Assembly (NCBI GenBank): GCA_041288095.1
Contig: JBGGMJ010000109.1
Span: 1-21,333 of the forward strand
Source of the DNA: Myxococcota bacterium
GTDB lineage: Bacteria; Myxococcota; XYA12-FULL-58-9; JALHOP01
Direction: 5' to 3'
Length of the DNA: 21,333 nucleotides
Part shown: in pieces, positions 16,271-21,333 of the stretch
Numbering within the stretch: position 1 is the first letter of the stretch
How the letters are laid out: each line of letters opens with the position of its first letter
The notes under the pieces: generated by a model
What the model saw: only the letters and a program-made list of their open reading frames with translations
The model's database searches: none
What the model was told of the DNA's origin: nothing
Program-made: the position numbers and the translations under genes

Positions 16271-17662
16271 CTATTTCTCGCGACCGCTCTCGCGCAGAAG
16301 GTCGCGCTTCACCAACGTGGTCGTGCCGTTGCGGACGCGCACGTTGACCTTGGTGTCGATGCCGAGCTCGGGATTGCGCAGGGTGAAAACGTGGGTGCCG
16401 ACCGGCAGTGTGATCGGCTCGATCGGTGTTGGTCCGAAGCGCTTCGTGCCCAGGAAGATCTCGGCCCAGGGATAGATCTGAAACACCACTTTGCCGGAGC
16501 GCGCCGCATCCTTGGCGCGAGGCGGAAGCGGCTGGGCGCTCTCCGGAGGCGCAATCTGGGCGGGGCTCTCCATGACGGGCACCGGCGGCGGCGGCGCGTT
16601 GGGCTCGCGCCGCAGCGCGTACGCCACGGCGGTCACGCCGGCGACGAGCGCGGCGGTGAGAGTCAACGCAAGCACTAGCCCACGGCGCGACTTCGGGCGC
16701 GGCGGTGTCGGTCGCTCGCCCACGGCGCGCGTGAAGGCCTCGACCGGGGCGTCCGTCTTCGTGACCTGTTGCACGAGCTCACCCAGGTGGGCGGAGGTCG
16801 CCTGGTCGCGCCACAGCGGTCGGATTTGGGCGAGGGCGTCGGCCATTTCGCGGGCGCTGGTGTAGCGGTCGCCTGGCTCCTTCGCGAGAGCGCGCGTGCA
16901 AACGGCTTCCAGCTCGGCCGGCAAATCGAGGCGCGCCCGCCGCAACGGCACCGGCTCGTTCTCCTGAACGGCGCGCATCAACGCCAGCTCGTTTGCTTGG
17001 CCTGGAAAGGGATGCTTGCCGCTCGCCAGCTCGTAAAGGACGACCCCCATGGCGTAGATGTCCGCGCGTTGGTCGACGGTCTCACCACGAAGCTGCTCGG
17101 GTGGCATGTAGCGGTACTTGCCGCGCACCACGCCGCCGGTGGTCTTCGCCTGCGCCGCGGCTCTTGCGATGCCGAAGTCGGTCAGCTTCACGACGCCTTC
17201 GTTGCTGACGAGCAAGTTGTCGGGGCTGACGTCGCGATGCACGAGCCGGAGCGGCTCGCCGTTCTCGCCGGTACGCGAATGGACGTACGCGAGACCCGCG
17301 AGCGCTTGCTCAACGATCAGCACCGCGAGCCGCGGATCCACACCCTCGGTGTGCCGGGTCACGAGCCGCGCCGCGCTGCAACCGCGCACGTACTCCATGG
17401 CGATGAAGTACGATCCGTCGGTCTCGCCGAGCTCGAAGATCTGGATGATGTTGGGGTGATCGAACAGCGCCGCGAGGCGCGCCTCGTTCAAGAAGAGGTC
17501 GACGAGACTCGGCTCCGCCGCGAGGTGCCGCAACAGGCGCTTCACCACCAACGTCTTGACGTAACCCGCCGGGCCGACGAGCTGCGCAAGGCACACCTCA
17601 CCCATGCCGCCGGTCGCGAGCAGGCCGAGGATGCGGTACTTCCCGAAGACGGTGCCTTCCAT
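16271..17662 (-). CDS. Membrane Ser/Thr protein kinase (Hanks type) with a C-terminal PEGA-like domain
   Basis: GGMGEV, VVK, FLNEAR, HRDVSPDN, DFG, YMPPE, DIYAMG. TM segment, Pro-rich linker, then PWAEIFLG..FGPTP..LPVGTH. Confidence 0.93.
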   Translation of the reverse strand: MEGTVFGKYRILGLLATGGMGEVCLAQLVGPAGYVKTLVVKRLLRHLAAEPSLVDLFLNEARLAALFDHPNIIQIFELGETDGSYFIAMEYVRGCSAARLVTRHTEGVDPRLAVLIVEQALAGLAYVHSRTGENGEPLRLVHRDVSPDNLLVSNEGVVKLTDFGIARAAAQAKTTGGVVRGKYRYMPPEQLRGETVDQRADIYAMGVVLYELASGKHPFPGQANELALMRAVQENEPVPLRRARLDLPAELEAVCTRALAKEPGDRYTSAREMADALAQIRPLWRDQATSAHLGELVQQVTKTDAPVEAFTRAVGERPTPPRPKSRRGLVLALTLTAALVAGVTAVAYALRREPNAPPPPVPVMESPAQIAPPESAQPLPPRAKDAARSGKVVFQIYPWAEIFLGTKRFGPTPIEPITLPVGTHVFTLRNPELGIDTKVNVRVRNGTTTLVKRDLLRESGREK

Positions 17663-17672
17663 GGTAGCGCCG

Positions 17673-18434
17673 CTACAGTGGCTCGAAAGGCACGAAAGAC
17701 CAATCGGATAACACCGCCGAGACTTCCGTAGCCGGCGTGCCGCCAAGGTAGTCTTGCAAGCCGAGCCTGAGCTCGGCCGGGGCGAGAGCCTCGGGGTCTT
17801 CGAAAGCGGACATGGTGAGGTCCAGTAACATGAAGCCGTCGAGCCAGACTTGGACGGTGTCTCCCTGGCGAAAGCGGATTTCGAAGCGCGACTCGCGGCC
17901 GGGGACGAGAGCCTGCTCGACCTGATCGTAGGTCGCGACATCGACACCGCCGAGCACGGGATCGTCACTGTAGATGCCCGGCGCCGCCTGGACGTGAAAA
18001 CCGTCGGGAGCGGCCTCCAAACGCAGGAGCACCGACCCCTGCCGGCCGAGCAAGTAGCAGAACGTGAAGCCCGCGCCGACGCCGGCGGGGAAGAGGATCT
18101 TGCCGCCGATACGGCCCGCGGTCACATGCGGCAAGCGCGCGGCGACTTCACCGACGGCTTCGTGACTACCGCCGCCGGTACCCAGGCTCGCGCTCAGCAC
18201 GTGCTCGTCGCCGGCGACGTCGACCGCGTCCACGGGCCCCGAGGCGCTGCTCGTGAAGCCGTGGAGCGCCTGGCTCCAACCCTCGAAGTCCGACGCTGGA
18301 ATGCAGCGGTCGCCAAAACACTCTTGCGCGTCCATGCACGGGTGCTCCGGCAACGCGCAGGCACGACTCGAGGCGTCGTCGATGCCGACCCAGCAGCCAC
18401 TGACCGCGAGCAAGAGCAACGATGCAAACCTCAT
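17673..18434 (-). CDS. Hypothetical lipoprotein with an N-terminal 4-Cys motif and a beta-rich domain
   Basis: ATGA overlap with the upstream gene. MRFASLLLLAVSGC lipobox and CALPEHPCMDAQECFGDRC. Confidence 0.7.
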   Translation of the reverse strand: MRFASLLLLAVSGCWVGIDDASSRACALPEHPCMDAQECFGDRCIPASDFEGWSQALHGFTSSASGPVDAVDVAGDEHVLSASLGTGGGSHEAVGEVAARLPHVTAGRIGGKILFPAGVGAGFTFCYLLGRQGSVLLRLEAAPDGFHVQAAPGIYSDDPVLGGVDVATYDQVEQALVPGRESRFEIRFRQGDTVQVWLDGFMLLDLTMSAFEDPEALAPAELRLGLQDYLGGTPATEVSAVLSDWSFVPFEPL

Positions 18435-19132
18435 GGCTCGGCGGGCCGCTCCGCGTCCGGCCAGAGGAGGACCGTGGCAACGGCGGCAGCGACCGCGACC
18501 CCGAGACTGACGCTCGCGAGTCGCGCCGAGGTGCGGGCGCGATCTCCGCTCGCCAGAGCGTCGTCCTGGAAGCGCGCCGCATTGGCATCGGATGCGAGGT
18601 TGCGGGCACGAATGCCGAGCACGGCGTACCCGAGCGTCCCGGCGGCAGCGACACCGGCGGTGACCCACGGCAGGAGGCGGCGCGCGGGTGGCGGGCGATT
18701 GTCCTCTATAGCGACAGAGGCGGCAGGCGGCGCCTCGCTCGGCGGCGACGGTGCCGGCTCGCTGGGCGGCTCACGCGGCCCCGAGGAGCGATGGCCCGCG
18801 ACCGCCGACTCGAAGAACTGGCGGATGCGTGGGCTGGTGAGCGGCGGCAGGTCGATCGCCGGGTTGAGCTTCACCGCTGTCTGGAAGTGATCGACCGCGG
18901 CGCTGCGCCGCGACAGCCCGTAGGCGCAAAGGCCGCGGTAGAGCTCGACCTCGGCGAGCCGGGCCGGCGTGTTCTCCTCGGCGCCGGCAACGTCGAGCGT
19001 TGCGAGACATGGAGCGAACGCGAAGTCGCGATGGAGCCGCTTGGCGCGTTCGAGTGCCCCCTCGTCCGCCTTCGCGGTCACGAGCGGGGCCACCCACGCG
19101 ACGATGACGAGCGCCAACCGCCAGCGGTTCAT
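18431..19132 (-). CDS. Exported TPR-like protein with a Pro-rich linker and two C-terminal hydrophobic helices
   Basis: Signal peptide, LYRGLCAYGL..AAVDHFQTAVKLNP (TPR-like), TSPRI, and C-terminal WVTAGVAAAG / LGVAVAAAVATVLLW. Confidence 0.72.
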   Translation of the reverse strand: MNRWRLALVIVAWVAPLVTAKADEGALERAKRLHRDFAFAPCLATLDVAGAEENTPARLAEVELYRGLCAYGLSRRSAAVDHFQTAVKLNPAIDLPPLTSPRIRQFFESAVAGHRSSGPREPPSEPAPSPPSEAPPAASVAIEDNRPPPARRLLPWVTAGVAAAGTLGYAVLGIRARNLASDANAARFQDDALASGDRARTSARLASVSLGVAVAAAVATVLLWPDAERPAEP

Positions 19133-19181
19133 CACCTCCAGGCTACCTCGAAAACGACCGCGGCCGCCGGTTTTTCCCGAT

Positions 19182-19841
19182 TCACGGGAATGACTTGGTC
19201 ACCTCGATCGACTTCGGTCCCTCGATGCCCATGCTGTCGTAGGCCGAGACGGCGAAGAAATACGTCGTCGCGGACGCTAGCCCAGTGACCTCGTAGGACG
19301 CCGCCGACACATTCGCGATCGGATCCGCGAAGGTCCGCGACGACTCGCGCACGTAGACGAGATAGCCGCCGAGGTCACCCTCGGGATTCTCGTCCCACGC
19401 GAGCAAGGCGCTGTTCGTCCCGGGCGCCGGCGGCTCGTCCGGCTCGGCTTCGCCGGCGAGCGGGAGCTGCTTGTCGCGAATACTGTCGAGCAGGCAGATG
19501 AGCACGCCGTTGTAGACACCGGGTGCGGTCGGCCGGAAGTACACCTGCACGGTCACCGAGGAGCGCGGCGGAATGGACAGCGGGCTCGCGAGCTCGTCGA
19601 CGAAAAACGGCGGGTCCGTGTGGAGGTGCCGGAGCACCGCGGTGACGCGCCGATTCGAGTTGGCGATGACGACGTTCTGGACGCTCTCGCTACCGACGCC
19701 CTGCAGCGCGAAGCTCCCAGAGACGAGGCGAATCGTGACGTCACTCTCTGTCAAACCATCCGGCGCCTCCACGACGCTCCGTCCACAAGCGGCCGTTCCC
19801 AGCACTAACAAGACAACTCCGAAGCGATTCCAGTTCATCAC
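19182..19841 (-). CDS. Lipoprotein with an Ig-like (ASH/choice-of-anchor D type) domain and a fibronectin type III domain
   Basis: AAGGAG RBS before GTG 19841 / ATG 19838 and a lipobox [39 protein letters not shown]...YFFAVSAYD. Confidence 0.8.
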   Translation of the reverse strand: MMNWNRFGVVLLVLGTAACGRSVVEAPDGLTESDVTIRLVSGSFALQGVGSESVQNVVIANSNRRVTAVLRHLHTDPPFFVDELASPLSIPPRSSVTVQVYFRPTAPGVYNGVLICLLDSIRDKQLPLAGEAEPDEPPAPGTNSALLAWDENPEGDLGGYLVYVRESSRTFADPIANVSAASYEVTGLASATTYFFAVSAYDSMGIEGPKSIEVTKSFP

Positions 19842-19867
19842 GTGCTTCTCCTTTGCGTCGCAGACGA

Positions 19868-19883
19868 AGCACGTGGCGTGCCG
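19868..19883 (-). promoter_or_regulatory. Putative sigma54 (-24/-12) promoter of the lipoprotein-TPR-kinase operon
   Basis: Minus strand CGGCACGCCACGTGCT has exact GG-N10-GC spacing. The predicted start site (~19857) lies just upstream of the AAGGAG RBS. Confidence 0.65.
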
Positions 19884-19962
19884 AGGCACGTGCGCGCAAA
19901 AAAGCGCGTAATGACCGGCGCATGCCTCGAATGCCGGCGCCAATGGCCGCGGTCAGTAGTCC

Positions 19963-19985
19963 ACTGGTAACATTTGTTGTTGCCA
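19963..19985. promoter_or_regulatory. Second copy of the putative enhancer motif
   Basis: ACTGGTAACA-TTTGT-TGTTGCCA shares the TGGYAACA half-sites of the 16245-16270 palindrome. Confidence 0.5.
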
Positions 19986-20011
19986 CCCCCGCGGGGCTAA
20001 CCTGGACGCCG

Positions 20012-21333
20012 ATGGCCACCGAGCCGATGCCACAAGCACGTCCGCTGTTGCGGGTGGATCCGAGCACGGGTCAGCTCCAGGAGCAGACCTACGAGGTCTC
20101 GGTGTTGCGCGGCCCCGACGAGGGTCGCACCGCCGTGCTGCGTGATGCACTGGTCATCGGCACGCACGAGTCCGCCGGTCTCAAGCTCACCGACACCAAC
20201 GTCTCGCGCTACCATGCCGAGTTGATCGCCCGTAGCGACGGTGTCGTGGTGCGCGACCTCAAGTCGACCAACGGCACGTTCCTGGGCGCCGGCCGCGTCG
20301 AAGAAGCGTTGCTCGTCGAGGCCGAGGCGACGGTCCGCGTCGGTAAGACGGTCTTGCGCGTCGCTCGCTCGCTCGCGCCCGCGGCGTCGGCGGAGCGGGC
20401 CACCTTCGGCGCTGCCTCGTCGGAGAGCCCGGCGATGCGCCGCATATTCGGCATCCTCGAGGTCGTGGCGCCCTCCGACGCCACGGTGCTGCTCGGAGGC
20501 GAGACCGGCACCGGCAAAGACGTCGTTGCGCGCGCGGTGCACGCGGCGTCGCGACGGGCGGCCTACCCGTTCGTCGTGGTCGACTGCGCCGCTATAGCGG
20601 GCAACCTCATCGAGAGTGAGCTCTTCGGACACACGCGCGGCGCCTTCACCGGCGCGGTCGCGGCGCGGGCCGGTGCCTTCCTCGACGCCAATCGCGGCAC
20701 GCTTTTCCTCGACGAGATCGGTGAGTTGCCGCTCGAGCTGCAACCGAAGCTCCTGCGCGTCCTCGAAGCCGGTACCATCAAACACGTCGGCGACGACCGG
20801 CACCGTCCCGTCGACGTGCGGGTCATCGCCGCGACGCACCGTGACCTCGACGCCGAAGTGCGCGCCGGCCGCTTTCGTCAGGACCTCTACTATCGGCTCG
20901 CCATCGTGCCGGTGCGCCTGCCACCTCTTCGCGATCGGCCGGAGGACATCGCGCCACTCGTACGGCATTTCCTGCGCGAGCTCGGCCGCGACGACTTCGA
21001 GCTGCCGGCGGCGACGCTCGCTGAAATGCAAGCCTATCGCTGGCCCGGCAACGTGCGCGAGCTCAGGAACGTCGTCGCCCAAGCGGTCGCGGGTTTCGGC
21101 ACCAAGCTCACGAGCGAGAACGCTCCGGCGCGGCCGGTCCCGGTAACCAACCCGTCCGAGAAGCCACCGCCCTTCAAGGAAGCGAAGAACAAGCTGGTCG
21201 ACGACTTCACCCGTGCCTATCTGCAAGATCTATCGAACCGCTATAACGGAAACATCTCGACCATGGCGCAGGTGGCCGGCATCGCCCGCCACTACCTGCG
21301 TGACCTCATGGTCAAGCACGGCCTGCGCAAAGA
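20012..21333 (+). CDS. FHA-domain sigma54-dependent enhancer-binding protein (3'-partial, nearly complete)
   Basis: Not in the ORF track because there is no stop in the window; translated by hand from ATG 20012. FHA ([20 protein letters not shown]), [44 protein letters not shown], and a Fis-type HTH ([14 protein letters not shown]). Confidence 0.95.
   Translation, partial: MATEPMPQARPLLRVDPSTGQLQEQTYEVSVLRGPDEGRTAVLRDALVIGTHESAGLKLTDTNVSRYHAELIARSDGVVVRDLKSTNGTFLGAGRVEEALLVEAEATVRVGKTVLRVARSLAPAASAERATFGAASSESPAMRRIFGILEVVAPSDATVLLGGETGTGKDVVARAVHAASRRAAYPFVVVDCAAIAGNLIESELFGHTRGAFTGAVAARAGAFLDANRGTLFLDEIGELPLELQPKLLRVLEAGTIKHVGDDRHRPVDVRVIAATHRDLDAEVRAGRFRQDLYYRLAIVPVRLPPLRDRPEDIAPLVRHFLRELGRDDFELPAATLAEMQAYRWPGNVRELRNVVAQAVAGFGTKLTSENAPARPVPVTNPSEKPPPFKEAKNKLVDDFTRAYLQDLSNRYNGNISTMAQVAGIARHYLRDLMVKHGLRK

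Noticed and set aside
17663..17968. N-terminal extension of the kinase ORF
   Set aside because: It overlaps the upstream lipoprotein gene out of frame. The kinase domain starts at MEGTVFGKY (17662).
19884..19899. Plus-strand AGGCACGTGCGCGCAA as a sigma54 promoter for the activator
   Set aside because: The GG-to-GC spacing is 9 nt, not the required 10.
19997..21226. Long minus-strand ORF, and the other long antisense ORFs (e.g. 5761..6945, 12074..13135, 16769..17731, 17850..18890)
   Set aside because: These are typical GC-rich shadow ORFs opposite genes with clear motifs, and show no recognisable domains.

Overview
GC-rich, gene-dense bacterial window. The RedB/RedC-like genes, stand-alone PilZ protein, membrane Ser/Thr kinase and FHA-sigma54 activator suggest a Myxococcota-like organism (inference). 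Left to right: (1) the 3' part of an AAA ATPase / TerB / HLxxH pseudo-metallopeptidase operon; (2) a RedB-like protein, a RedC-type membrane sensor with no output domain, and a 67-aa ORF; (3) PilZ and kdsD, divergent from a transaldolase; (4) a diacylglycerol-kinase-family gene preceded by a strongly structured three-way-junction leader, then a dienelactone hydrolase; (5) on the minus strand, an LDL-receptor class A repeat lipoprotein (4-Cys variant), a HExxH lipoprotein and a Trp/Tyr/Gly-rich DUF6600-like protein; (6) a lytic transglycosylase / PBP1A / NlpC-P60 peptidoglycan operon; (7) a signalling island of Ig/FN3 lipoprotein, TPR protein, Cys-rich lipoprotein, Ser/Thr kinase and secreted beta-helix protein, divergent from an FHA-sigma54 activator. 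The island has two -24/-12 promoters and a shared TGGYAACA inverted-repeat motif. No rRNA, tRNA, CRISPR array or mobile element was seen. All family assignments come from motif recognition by eye, not database searches.
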